Origin: a virus
Taxonomy: Duplodnaviria; Caudoviricetes
Strand: one strand, 5' to 3'
Virus record (IMG/VR): IMGVR_UViG_2811995317_000003
Location: 1-64,000 of that record
DNA length: 64,000 bases
The notes under the pieces were generated by a model. The model worked only from the letters and a program-made list of their open reading frames with translations, was not told the origin of the DNA and made no database searches. Position 1 is the stretch's first letter. Each line of letters starts with the position of its first letter. Shown here piece after piece: positions 9,067-17,696 of the stretch. Both the position numbers and the translations under genes were made by a program.

Positions 9067-9324
9067 ATGGAAAACGCTATGAATCCAATGCAATTCGCTA
9101 TTGAAGCTGTAGGCGGCCAAACAGCAGCAGCTCGCCTATGCGGACTGTCGAATGTGGCTATTCATAAGTGGGTTAAGAACGCAGCCTTACCGCGCACTGA
9201 ATACACAGAGAAAACCAATTATTCACAGATCCTTGCTGACGCATCTGGTGGGAAGTTCACCTCTGAATGGTTGCGTCAAGCAGCAAACCCAGACCGGGAA
9301 AAAGCACCCGATGCCGCCGCTTAA
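9067..9324 (+). CDS. cro: Cro
   Basis: HTH GGQTAAARLCGLSNVAIHKW; divergent from cI. Confidence 0.85.
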   Translation: MENAMNPMQFAIEAVGGQTAAARLCGLSNVAIHKWVKNAALPRTEYTEKTNYSQILADASGGKFTSEWLRQAANPDREKAPDAAA

Positions 9325-9360
9325 TCAGCGGCATATGTTTTTACAAGGGGATTATCACCA

Positions 9361-9681
9361 ATGGAGAACGCAATCGCACGAAAGTTAGATCCGCCAGTTA
9401 TCAATCCGGTTGAGATCGAAAGCGTCCTGCTCAACCGGCTTGCATCGGTGGGCCAGAAGTCTTACGCCGAGCATATGGGCATCAGCGAGTCGACGGCCAG
9501 CAGGCGTAAAGCCGAAGGGCATTTCAGCACCATGGCGAAAGAGCTGGCCTTCCTGGGGATTCAGGCCGCGCCACCGGAAGCGGTGCTGGTGTCGCGTGAA
9601 TATCTGGCCTCAGTCGAAACACTCGCTGATATCGGGCTGAAAGCCGAACGGGCAAGGCCGGGGCCGCTGGGGTGGGATTAA
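9361..9681 (+). CDS. cII: CII-like activator
   Basis: VGQKSYAEHMGISESTASRRK HTH; follows cro. Confidence 0.8.
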   Translation: MENAIARKLDPPVINPVEIESVLLNRLASVGQKSYAEHMGISESTASRRKAEGHFSTMAKELAFLGIQAAPPEAVLVSREYLASVETLADIGLKAERARPGPLGWD

Positions 9682-9684
9682 GCC

Positions 9685-9940
9685 ATGAACCATATCGAAT
9701 TCATCGAAAAGCATGTGCGTGAAGAACTGCTGAAGCTCGGTTTCTCTCTGGGAGTGGCTCAGGGGGGGGGCGTTCCAGGCTATCGACATGTACAAGCGCA
9801 TGAGCCAGGCAAGCAGAAAGGGGAAGATTTTTGATGATGTTTTACGGCACGCAAAGCTGTGGGCGGAGAAGCAGCAGTTACCCGCTGACCGCTTTGAGAA
9901 GCGAAAAGTTAAACGGAACGCCCAGCCGGGCTTGTTCTGA
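9685..9940 (+). pseudogene. 84-aa hypothetical gene frameshifted at a G9 run
   Basis: removing one G from 9762-9770 restores an open frame MNHIEFIEKH...AQGGAFQAIDMYKRM...QPGLF. Confidence 0.7.
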
Positions 9941-10018
9941 AAAGGCGAAAGCCGCTGTGCACGAACACAAGCGGCTCTCAGGTGCAACAAACGTGAGTAA
10001 ATTGCGAGGTCAATTCTA

Positions 10019-10183
10019 ATGCCAAAGCGCAAAAAGTACCAGGAAAATGAGGAGCGACGCCTTCAGGATTCCCCTGATGGGCTGGTGGTCGCCGCGTCAA
10101 AAAACAGGGCGTTCGCTGAGCGTCTTGTGGGCGTGATCCGTCTGGCTCTGGCTACATCGGGAGTGAAAAATGGGCGTCGTTAA
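10019..10183 (+). CDS. small phage protein, 54 aa (DUF2740-like)
   Basis: MPKRKKYQENEERR...; GAGG RBS; overlaps O start. Confidence 0.6.
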   Translation: MPKRKKYQENEERRLQDSPDGLVVAASKNRAFAERLVGVIRLALATSGVKNGRR

Positions 10184-10994
10184 GTTAGCAGACTACCAGC
10201 CTCAGCGTGAGGTATTGGAGAGTAAAGTGGCGAGTCTTGATGACGGGTACATGCGTATTGCTACCAGCATCGGAAAGCTTAAGCCAAAACTGAAACTTGC
10301 AGGCCGTGAACATCAGGTTCTGGATGCCGTTATCTACTGCACCTTTGGCTGGAATAAGTCAGAGGACAAGGTAACAAATACATATCTGGCTGATGTGACC
10401 GGCCTGGATGATTCGGATGTAGCGGCTGCCCTGAATGTTCTAGCAGAACGCAGGATTATTAATCTGCGTAAAGTGGGTGGGTTCAAGCTGGTAAGCGTTA
10501 ACGTAAGCATTGATAAATGGGTTCTCAACAAGACACCAAAAAAATCACCCAAAAGGTTGGGCGGAATTGCCCAAAATGTTGGGCAAAAAGAGGTTTTGAA
10601 TTGGGCGAAATCACCCGACACCCTAAACAGTCTTACCAAAGACAATATAAATACCCCCCAACCCCCAGAGGGGGAGTGTGTCGGGCAGGAAGAAAAACCT
10701 GTCTCAAAGAAAACCCCGATCGACTATCAGGCGGTGCTGTCGGCATACAACACCACCCTGGGAGACCGCCTTCCCCAGGCAGAGGCACTAAACGACAAAC
10801 GTCGCCGTGCTATCAAACGCCTGCTGACCGAACTGAAAGAGCCAACCGTCGAGGCTGTGGAGAATTACTTCGCCGCGTTCGCTGAGCGAGCACCAAAGTT
10901 TTACTTCGGTGAGAACGACAGAGGCTGGCGCGCCAGTTTCGATTATCTGCTGCGTTCTGACACCCTGCTGAAAACCAGGGAGAAAGCGCTATGA
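10170..10994 (+). CDS. replication initiator, lambda O-like
   Basis: LDDGYMRIA N-terminus, TFGWNK, GENDRGWRASFDYL; internal repeats. Confidence 0.88.
   Translation: MGVVKLADYQPQREVLESKVASLDDGYMRIATSIGKLKPKLKLAGREHQVLDAVIYCTFGWNKSEDKVTNTYLADVTGLDDSDVAAALNVLAERRIINLRKVGGFKLVSVNVSIDKWVLNKTPKKSPKRLGGIAQNVGQKEVLNWAKSPDTLNSLTKDNINTPQPPEGECVGQEEKPVSKKTPIDYQAVLSAYNTTLGDRLPQAEALNDKRRRAIKRLLTELKEPTVEAVENYFAAFAERAPKFYFGENDRGWRASFDYLLRSDTLLKTREKAL
10542..10617. repeat. putative ori iterons inside O
   Basis: recurring CCCAA...TTGGGC palindromic units and AAATCACCC x2. Confidence 0.5.
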
Positions 10995-12388
10995 CAGACA
11001 TGAACATGATCCCGCAGAATATCGAAGCCGAACAAAGCGTGCTGGGCGGCATGATGCTGGATAGCGGTAGCGATCGCTGCCAGACCGCCATGTCGATGCT
11101 CAAACCAGAATCGTTCTACATCCGCCCCCACCAGGTAATTTTCGCCGAGATGCGGGAGCTGGTAGCTAACCAGAAGCCTATCGACCTGATCACCCTGATT
11201 GAGTCGCTGGAATCTAAAGGGCTTGGCGAGCAGGCTGGTGGCTTCGCTTACATGGCCGAGATATCCAAAAACACCCCCAGTGCGGCGAACATCGTTCACT
11301 ACGCCATGCTGGTGCGCGAGAAAGCCATGGAGCGTTACGGCATTGACAAGCTGACCAGCGCCACCGAGCTGCTGTATTCCCGCAACGGGATGACCACCAG
11401 CCAGAAGTTTGACGCTATTCAGACCCTGTTCACCGATATCGCTGACTACGCGAAAACCGGCAACCGACGAGGGCTCCGCGAGTTTTCGGAAGTGATGGGC
11501 GACTGGGTGGACGAGGTGGAAGCGCGCTGGAGCGACTCAGACGCAACGCGCGGGCTGTCGACGGGGATCGGCTCGCTGGATGAACTGCTTCAACCGAAAG
11601 GGCTGGTTAAAGGCGCTCTGATGGTGATCGGCGCACGTCCGAAGATGGGTAAAACCACGCTGTATAGCCAGCTGGCCGTCAACTGTGCCGAAGTTGAGCA
11701 GCTCCCCGCGCTGATGTTTAGCCTCGAAATGCCGGATAAGCAGATTGTGGAGCGCATGATCGGGCAGGTCAGTCGCGTGAATACCGACGTGTTTTATGGC
11801 GATCGGTACGACGACGCGCAGGTGGCAATGGCTTTTGCCGCTGGTGGACGTCTGGCCCAGACCGGAAACCTTTACGTCGACGACACGCCCGGGATCACGC
11901 TGGCGCACATCGTCGCAGAGTCACGCCGCATTAAACGCGAACGCGGCGCTGTCGGCATGGTGCTGGTGGACTACCTGACCCTGATGACCGCAGACAAGGC
12001 TGACCGTAACGATCTGGCCTACGGGATTATCACGAAGGGGCTGAAGAACCTGGCGAAGGAACTGAACTGCATCGTGGTGCTGCTTACCCAGCTGAACCGC
12101 GATCTGGAGAAGCGTACCAACAAACGTCCTATGCCGAGTGACTCCCGCGATACCGGGCAGATTGAGCAGGATTGCGATTACTGGATCGGCATTTACCGCG
12201 AAGGCGCATACGACGAAAACGCAGATCAGGCGGCTACCGAATTGCTGTTGCGCCTGAACCGCCACGGCCCGACTGGCGTTGTTTATTGTGACCAGCGTAA
12301 CGGTGCGATCTACGACTGTGACCAGGCTGCTGCTGAGCAGAAACGCCGCGCGAATGATGCCAGGCCCAACAAAAAGAGGGAATTTTGA
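10991..12388 (+). CDS. DnaB-like replicative helicase
   Basis: GARPKMGKT, FSLEM, LVDYL, SRDTGQIEQDCD, LNRHGPTG. Confidence 0.95.
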   Translation: MTDMNMIPQNIEAEQSVLGGMMLDSGSDRCQTAMSMLKPESFYIRPHQVIFAEMRELVANQKPIDLITLIESLESKGLGEQAGGFAYMAEISKNTPSAANIVHYAMLVREKAMERYGIDKLTSATELLYSRNGMTTSQKFDAIQTLFTDIADYAKTGNRRGLREFSEVMGDWVDEVEARWSDSDATRGLSTGIGSLDELLQPKGLVKGALMVIGARPKMGKTTLYSQLAVNCAEVEQLPALMFSLEMPDKQIVERMIGQVSRVNTDVFYGDRYDDAQVAMAFAAGGRLAQTGNLYVDDTPGITLAHIVAESRRIKRERGAVGMVLVDYLTLMTADKADRNDLAYGIITKGLKNLAKELNCIVVLLTQLNRDLEKRTNKRPMPSDSRDTGQIEQDCDYWIGIYREGAYDENADQAATELLLRLNRHGPTGVVYCDQRNGAIYDCDQAAAEQKRRANDARPNKKREF

Positions 12389-12678
12389 TGAAAATTTACA
12401 TTGCTGGGCCAATGACCGGCATCCCGAAATATAACCGCCCTGCGTTCCATTTTGAGGCTATGCGCCTGGCTTCGGAAGGCCATGTGGTGTTAAACCCCGC
12501 GACGCTTCCCGATGGCCTGAGCCAGCCAGAGTACATGGATATTTGTCTCGCAATGCTCCGCTGCGCTGACGGTATTTTCCTGCTGTCCGGCTGGCAGAAC
12601 TCCGCAGGCGCAAAAGCGGAACACGCTCTGGCTCAAAAGCTGGATCTGGAAATCATTCATCAGGAGAACGCGGCATGA
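12385..12678 (+). CDS. DUF4406 protein (nucleoside deoxyribosyltransferase-like fold)
   Basis: IYIAGPMTG...VLNPA...CADGIFLLSGWQNSAGAKAE. Confidence 0.8.
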   Translation: MMKIYIAGPMTGIPKYNRPAFHFEAMRLASEGHVVLNPATLPDGLSQPEYMDICLAMLRCADGIFLLSGWQNSAGAKAEHALAQKLDLEIIHQENAA

Positions 12679-13154
12679 CCAACAAAACCAAAGAACTCGT
12701 AGCTGCCGGGCATGCGCTGGCGAAAGAGCTGCATTGCGCTGAGTCTGCCGCGCTGGTGCGCGAACTGGCGACGCAGCTGGATGTGCAGCGTGCTCGCGCT
12801 GATGTGTTGGCTGACGCAGAGAAGCAGAACGCCCAACTGAAAGACGAGAACGAATACATCCGCAATCGCTTCAAAGAGCTTGATCGGATGTTCGGTAAGA
12901 ACCTGCTTGTGATGAAAGCGGCGGTTATCGACTGGCGCACCACCGGCGACGCCAAGAACGGGATGGCATGGATTTTTAACACCCTGTTTGGTCCCGGCGA
13001 GCTACCCAACGAGGGCGAGAAAGACGCTCAGGCCTATTTTGACCGCGAATACGCACCACTCGACAAAGAGTTGATGGAACTTCACCAGTGGTTTTGGGAT
13101 CGCCATAAGCGCATTGAATCCAAAGGTCTTGATATTCAGGAAGGTGCCGCATGA
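12675..13154 (+). CDS. Ead/Ea22-like protein
   Basis: coiled-coil N-terminus, MAWIFNTLFGPGELP. Confidence 0.6.
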   Translation: MTNKTKELVAAGHALAKELHCAESAALVRELATQLDVQRARADVLADAEKQNAQLKDENEYIRNRFKELDRMFGKNLLVMKAAVIDWRTTGDAKNGMAWIFNTLFGPGELPNEGEKDAQAYFDREYAPLDKELMELHQWFWDRHKRIESKGLDIQEGAA

Positions 13155-13633
13155 ACAGAATCACCGAAGGCAAAAAATACTGCTATCGCTACCATGACGG
13201 GAACGACAGCGAAGGCCGCCCGATCGTCACTTTGTGGAAGCGCGTAATCATTCGCGAGACAGAGAAGACTTTCTGGCATGTCGGAGATATGCCGTACATG
13301 ACCAATGAGCAGCTTATTAAATACCGGACCGGTGGGCAGCCAGCCAACCAGAAATACCATGTTAAACGCTGCCTAAAAGGTGCTGATCGCTCCAGTTACC
13401 ATTACACCATGGAAGAGGCTTTACAGGCATTTGTTCGTCGCAAAACCCACCAGATTAGCAAGATTCAGCTCGCAGAAGAAACAGCGCGCCTGTGTCTTGC
13501 CGGTCTTCGTGAATCCGGGATCATTTCCGAGGGATATCGCTGTAAGGTCGAAAAATTGCCGGATAGCGATATATTCCTCGCTGCCAACCAGCCGGGGCCG
13601 ATTGCATCAGAATATAGCTGGGGAGAATACTGA
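13151..13633 (+). CDS. hypothetical phage protein
   Basis: 160 aa, ATGA-coupled. Confidence 0.7.
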   Translation: MNRITEGKKYCYRYHDGNDSEGRPIVTLWKRVIIRETEKTFWHVGDMPYMTNEQLIKYRTGGQPANQKYHVKRCLKGADRSSYHYTMEEALQAFVRRKTHQISKIQLAEETARLCLAGLRESGIISEGYRCKVEKLPDSDIFLAANQPGPIASEYSWGEY

Positions 13634-14172
13634 TGGCTGATAAATTTCCACCAGCAAAAGGGCCGAAGGTGCCGCCTATGCAACCACGCATCACCATCAA
13701 TATCGGCGAGTCGGCATCATCGGCGCAATTACGCAGATTGATACGTGATCGGCACGCTGCATGGTCACACGAAACCTTTGGTGATGTTGGCCCAATCGGT
13801 CCGCTGAAACACCTTGCGAAAGAAGCGCTGGAGGCAGCCGCCGCGCCAGATGATTTATCCGAGTGGGCGGATCTCCAATTTCTCTTGTGGGATGCCCAGC
13901 GGCGCGCCGGTATATCTGACGGCGAAATCACAGCAGCGATGGAAGAAAAGCTGAAAGTGAACATGGCGCGCCAGTGGCCTGAGCCGAAGGACGGAGAGCC
14001 GCGCCAGCATATTAAGCCAGCGCCGCAGCCAGTACCTGATTCTGTGATCAGCGCGGCAGTAAATGGAATTATGGCAACTTATGCCGACAATGAGGAAGGT
14101 TGCCGGGCAATGGTACGCACACATGTTGAACAAGCCTGTCGTGCCGCTATTCAGGAGTCCGGTCATGGCTAA
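13633..14172 (+). CDS. DUF550 (MazG-like dATP/dGTP pyrophosphohydrolase domain) protein
   Basis: WSHETFG..GP.GPLKHLAKEALEA...EWAD. Confidence 0.8.
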   Translation: MADKFPPAKGPKVPPMQPRITINIGESASSAQLRRLIRDRHAAWSHETFGDVGPIGPLKHLAKEALEAAAAPDDLSEWADLQFLLWDAQRRAGISDGEITAAMEEKLKVNMARQWPEPKDGEPRQHIKPAPQPVPDSVISAAVNGIMATYADNEEGCRAMVRTHVEQACRAAIQESGHG

Positions 14173-14503
14173 ATCTGCCGCTGAACGCAAAGCCGCCCAG
14201 CGAGCCCGGCAAGCTGCTGCTGGCGGGCGTAAATTTGAGCTCATACTTGATACGCAGGAACTGGAGATGCTGGAGCGCAATTGTGCATCACGCCGCCCGG
14301 GGAGAGCTCCGTATGAAATGAGCGAATACGTTGCGATGCTGATTCGCCAGGACGATGCTCGCGTTCGTGGGCGCATCAAGTCAATCAGCGCGAACCGCTG
14401 CGGTAAATGCGGCGATGCGCTGCCAGTTAAGTCGTGCCCGTGCGACGGTGATTCGCAATGCTGGGTTACGCGTGGCTGGCACGAAACCAAATTAGCAGTG
14501 TGA
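14165..14503 (+). CDS. conserved phage hypothetical protein with C-terminal Cys cluster
   Basis: MAKSAAERKAAQRARQ...CGKCGD..P..SCPC.GD.QCW. Confidence 0.7.
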   Translation: MAKSAAERKAAQRARQAAAGGRKFELILDTQELEMLERNCASRRPGRAPYEMSEYVAMLIRQDDARVRGRIKSISANRCGKCGDALPVKSCPCDGDSQCWVTRGWHETKLAV

Positions 14504-14530
14504 CATGTCACAATGGAATCAATAACATAC

Positions 14531-14553
14531 AAGCCTCTTCGGAGGCTTTTTTT
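14531..14553 (+). terminator. intrinsic terminator
   Basis: AAGCCTC-TTCG-GAGGCTT followed by U tract. Confidence 0.85.
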
Positions 14554-14565
14554 GTCGGCGTTAAA

Positions 14566-14594
14566 TTGCTTTTGCCACAACGCCCAGCCATAAT
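14566..14594 (+). promoter_or_regulatory. internal sigma70 promoter for nin region
   Basis: TTGCTT-N17-CATAAT. Confidence 0.6.
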
Positions 14595-14743
14595 ATCCCT
14601 GTCAGCCTGAACAACTGACACCCGGACATTCGCGCCACGGAGAACACCATGGCGCAGCACCACCAGCTTAAACACAATCGCCTGACGTTATCCGACGTCA
14701 GCGATTTGTCGTATCTGTCGCTTAACCTCTTCGGGGGTGACGC

Positions 14744-15196
14744 GTGAGCCAACAATTCCACCTCGTTAGCGAAAGCGTCAAGCAGAACGCTATCAACTAC
14801 ATTCGTCAGTTGCCGGTCGACAGCAAGCGCCCGCTGATACTCGACGTCAAAGAGTCGACGCGCACCGCTATTCAAAACCGCAAGATGTGGCCGCTCCTGA
14901 AAGACCTTTCCGACCAGGTTCTCTGGTTCGGCAATAAATATGACTCCGACGACTGGAAAGACCTGATCACCGCGCTGGTGGCAAAAACCAAAAAGCAGGA
15001 ACAGCGAATGGCCCCTGGGCTTGATGGCGGCGTCGTGATGTTCGGCCAGCGCACCAGCAAAATGACCATTCCCCAGATGGTCGAAGTCATTGAGACGATT
15101 TACTGGTTCGGCACCCAGCAGGGCGTCACCTTCAGCGAACAATCCCGCAATGAAATCGAGTGGGCGAAGCGTTGGGGGGAAAGCAATGCGAAATAA
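14744..15196 (+). CDS. ninB: NinB-like recombination protein
   Basis: RTAIQNRKMWPLLKDLSDQVLW, FGQRTSKM. Confidence 0.85.
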   Translation: MSQQFHLVSESVKQNAINYIRQLPVDSKRPLILDVKESTRTAIQNRKMWPLLKDLSDQVLWFGNKYDSDDWKDLITALVAKTKKQEQRMAPGLDGGVVMFGQRTSKMTIPQMVEVIETIYWFGTQQGVTFSEQSRNEIEWAKRWGESNAK

Positions 15197-15485
15197 CTCC
15201 AATCAGCGAACCTACCGCAGCAAAAAATGGCTCGCCGCTGTCGGGCAGATCGAACAGTGCGTGTTATGCGGTTCATGGGGGACGCAGGTTGCGCACCGTA
15301 ACGAAGGCAAAGGCATGGGCCTGAAAGCCGATGATTGCGCCACGGCGGCGATCTGCGTTTGCTGCCACGACAGCATCGACAACGGGAGCAAGCTATCGCG
15401 CGACGAACGTCGCCAGCTGATGGACCGCGCCATCGTTCTGACCGTTATCCAGATCGCCCGCCTTGGGCTGGTGGTGCCAGCATGA
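15186..15485 (+). CDS. Cys-rich nin-region protein (HNH/DUF1364-like)
   Basis: CVLCG...AH...CVCCHDSIDNG. Confidence 0.7.
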   Translation: MRNNSNQRTYRSKKWLAAVGQIEQCVLCGSWGTQVAHRNEGKGMGLKADDCATAAICVCCHDSIDNGSKLSRDERRQLMDRAIVLTVIQIARLGLVVPA

Positions 15486-15964
15486 AAATTGACAAAACTG
15501 GACGATTGCTTAGCGATAACGCACTTAAAAATATGGGTGGCTCTGGGCGCTTCAAGGCTAAGCATGGGATGAAAAACACGCCGGAATACCGAGCGTGGAT
15601 TGATATGAAAAACAGGTGTTCTAATCCGAATGTAAGGTCTTATTCAAATTATGGAGGTAGGGGGATCACTGTCTGTAAAGAGTGGGTAGAGAGTTTTGAA
15701 GAATTCTTCAAATACGTCGGTCCTCGCCCAGATGGTTACAGTCTTGACAGGATTGACACCAATGGGAACTACGAGCCCGGAAACATTAGATGGGTTACGA
15801 ATCGCAGCCAACAAAATAATAAAAGAAATACCGTCTTTGTAATGTTTGATGGTCAAAAAATATCAGCCAGTGAGTATGCGAGAGCTGTAGGCATGAAGCC
15901 GGACACAGTACACGCAAGAATTCGTCGAGGCTTGAAGCTTGATGGGGCGATCATATGCAAGTGA
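15482..15964 (+). CDS. freestanding HNH-type homing endonuclease
   Basis: HG...EYRAWIDMKNRC...YGGRGITVC..W...SLDRIDTNGNYEPGNIRW; AT-rich; absent at the same junction in prophage 2. Confidence 0.85.
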   Translation: MKIDKTGRLLSDNALKNMGGSGRFKAKHGMKNTPEYRAWIDMKNRCSNPNVRSYSNYGGRGITVCKEWVESFEEFFKYVGPRPDGYSLDRIDTNGNYEPGNIRWVTNRSQQNNKRNTVFVMFDGQKISASEYARAVGMKPDTVHARIRRGLKLDGAIICK

Positions 15965-16317
15965 TTTATGAGATTACCCCTGTACCTAAGCCAAGACAAA
16001 CCCGCGCCGACAAATGGAAAACACGGCCAGCGGTCATGCGCTATCGCGCGTTCTGCGATGAAGCACGTCTGCGCAAAATCAATCTCCCTGAGTCCGGCGC
16101 GCATATCACCTTCGTTATGCCAATGCCTCCGAGCTGGAGCAAAAAGAAGCGTGAACAGCTCAACGGCAAGCCGCACCAGTCAAAACCAGACTGCGACAAC
16201 ATGCTTAAAGCACTGATGGATGCCCTGTTTGATGATGATTCCAGTGTCTGGGATTGTCGCATTACAAAGCTATGGGGCGAGAAAGGCCAGATCATCATTC
16301 GGGAGAACGGACAATGA
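15955..16317 (+). CDS. rusA: RusA-like Holliday junction resolvase
   Basis: KPDCDNMLKALMDAL..DDS.VWD. Confidence 0.88.
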   Translation: MQVIYEITPVPKPRQTRADKWKTRPAVMRYRAFCDEARLRKINLPESGAHITFVMPMPPSWSKKKREQLNGKPHQSKPDCDNMLKALMDALFDDDSSVWDCRITKLWGEKGQIIIRENGQ

Positions 16318-16997
16318 CACGCAACGACATTAACAATTACCAGAAAGCGTCTGTTGAGCGTACCAACCCGCAAAACGCCTGGGTGACGCTAGCAGCAGCT
16401 CCACGCAGATCTTACCTGGGGAAATACCGCCGACTTACACCATCGCAAAGCCGTTGGGTTCGTTCGTTGCTGAACCACTGGGGCGGCATGTACGGTGGCA
16501 GTGGAACAGAGCACCTTTCTGGTGGCGGTGGTATGTGGTCAATGATATTGACCGGCTGGACTGGCGAGCAGCAGGAGCGGATCGCTACCGTGCTGTCTGG
16601 TCTGCGTAAAATTGGCTATACCGGCGATGCGTTGTTTGAGCAGGCGAAAGCCATCATCTGGCCGAAGAAATCACTTTCTGACCTGATCGGCAACGCCGGG
16701 GATCAAGAGGAAGCTGCATTCATGGAGGCTATCATCCTGAAGTCCTTCAAGCCGGGGAATCCCGTGTATGAGATAGGGAAGAACTATTACACCTGGAGGA
16801 AAACCATTAATGACATGGCACGGTGGATGCAATATTACTACGCGCCGTTTCTGACCGAAAAGCAATGTATTGACCGCGTGCGCTGGTGTATTGAGTTGTT
16901 TAATTCTGCTGTCTTCTTCACGTTAAAAGATGAATTTGGCTTCGAAAATGCAAAAACTTGCGAAAAAGACTTGAAAACGAGTTTTGAAACTGCATAA
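16314..16997 (+). CDS. late antiterminator Q-like
   Basis: last early gene before late promoter; homologous to 57060-57683. Confidence 0.75.
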   Translation: MTRNDINNYQKASVERTNPQNAWVTLAAAPRRSYLGKYRRLTPSQSRWVRSLLNHWGGMYGGSGTEHLSGGGGMWSMILTGWTGEQQERIATVLSGLRKIGYTGDALFEQAKAIIWPKKSLSDLIGNAGDQEEAAFMEAIILKSFKPGNPVYEIGKNYYTWRKTINDMARWMQYYYAPFLTEKQCIDRVRWCIELFNSAVFFTLKDEFGFENAKTCEKDLKTSFETA

Positions 16998-17031
16998 TTC
17001 AGATATGCTCGGACGTCAAAGGCGAAAGAGC
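16970..17031 (+). promoter_or_regulatory. late promoter pR' region
   Basis: TTGAAA...CATAAT at end of Q; downstream 40 nt nearly identical to 57728-57769. Confidence 0.6.
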
Positions 17032-17079
17032 TTACCCACCAGCGGAGATGCCTTGCGCGGAGCGGTGTGAACCACATTT

Positions 17080-17108
17080 AAGCCCTTGCAGAAATGCAGG
17101 GGCTTTTT
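17080..17108 (+). terminator. tR'-like terminator
   Basis: AAGCCCTTGCA-GAAA-TGCAGGGGCTT then TTT. Confidence 0.85.
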
Positions 17109-17115
17109 GCATTCA

Positions 17116-17190
17116 GGGTCAGAAGCACAGAGGTTGTGAGATCGGCTGTTAACCGATTGGTCGAAGGTTCGAATCCTTCCTGTCCCGCCA
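17116..17190 (+). tRNA. phage tRNA-Asn(GTT), degenerate
   Basis: anticodon arm ATCGG-CTGTTAA-CCGAT, T arm GAAGG-TTCGAAT-CCTTC, encoded CCA; U-U mismatch in acceptor stem, G-A in D stem. Confidence 0.8.
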
Positions 17191-17372
17191 AATACCTACC
17201 AGGACCATAAGAGCAAAAGCTCAACGCACTACCCTCTATTGCCCACCGCGCCGTGGGCTTTTTTATTGCAGGCCGCAGATATCATTTTCAGATGCCATGT
17301 AGCAATCAGAGTCTGACGGCCTTTCCCCTACAAACACACACAGCACCATCCGGAAAATCGGAGGTGAGGCCT

Positions 17373-17696
17373 ATGAAAATGCCATACAAACAAGATTTCA
17401 TCGCTGCGCTACTTGCCGCCAAGGAGCAGGGTATTGGTGCAATGCTGGCTTTTATCATGGCGTATCTGCGTGGTCGCTATAACGGCGGCGCGGTAACAAA
17501 AACGCTAATTGATGCGCTGATGTGCGCGATGATTGCCTGGTTCGTTCGTGACCTTCTGGACTTTATCGGCCTGAGCAGCAACCTCGCCTACATAGCCAGC
17601 GTCTTTATTGGGTACATCGGCACCGATTCGATCGGCAATATGATTAAAAAATTCGCAGCCAAAAAGGCGGGAGTTGACGATGCAAACCAGCCATGA
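17373..17696 (+). CDS. holin, lambda S type with dual start (107/105 aa)
   Basis: Met-Lys-Met start, three hydrophobic segments, basic C-terminus; hairpin over RBS. Confidence 0.93.
   Translation: MKMPYKQDFIAALLAAKEQGIGAMLAFIMAYLRGRYNGGAVTKTLIDALMCAMIAWFVRDLLDFIGLSSNLAYIASVFIGYIGTDSIGNMIKKFAAKKAGVDDANQP

Noticed and set aside
9943-10013. OOP-like RNA in prophage 1
   Set aside because: A hairpin and a -35 (TTGACC) exist on the minus strand but there is no acceptable -10.
13633-14172. 2-aminoadenine (Z) genome pathway suggested by DUF550
   Set aside because: No PurZ or HD-family dATPase in the complete prophage 1.
14599-14614. Possible LexA box CTGT-N8-ACAA at the nin promoter
   Set aside because: Mismatch in the conserved CAG and a GC-rich spacer; better explained by the hairpin.
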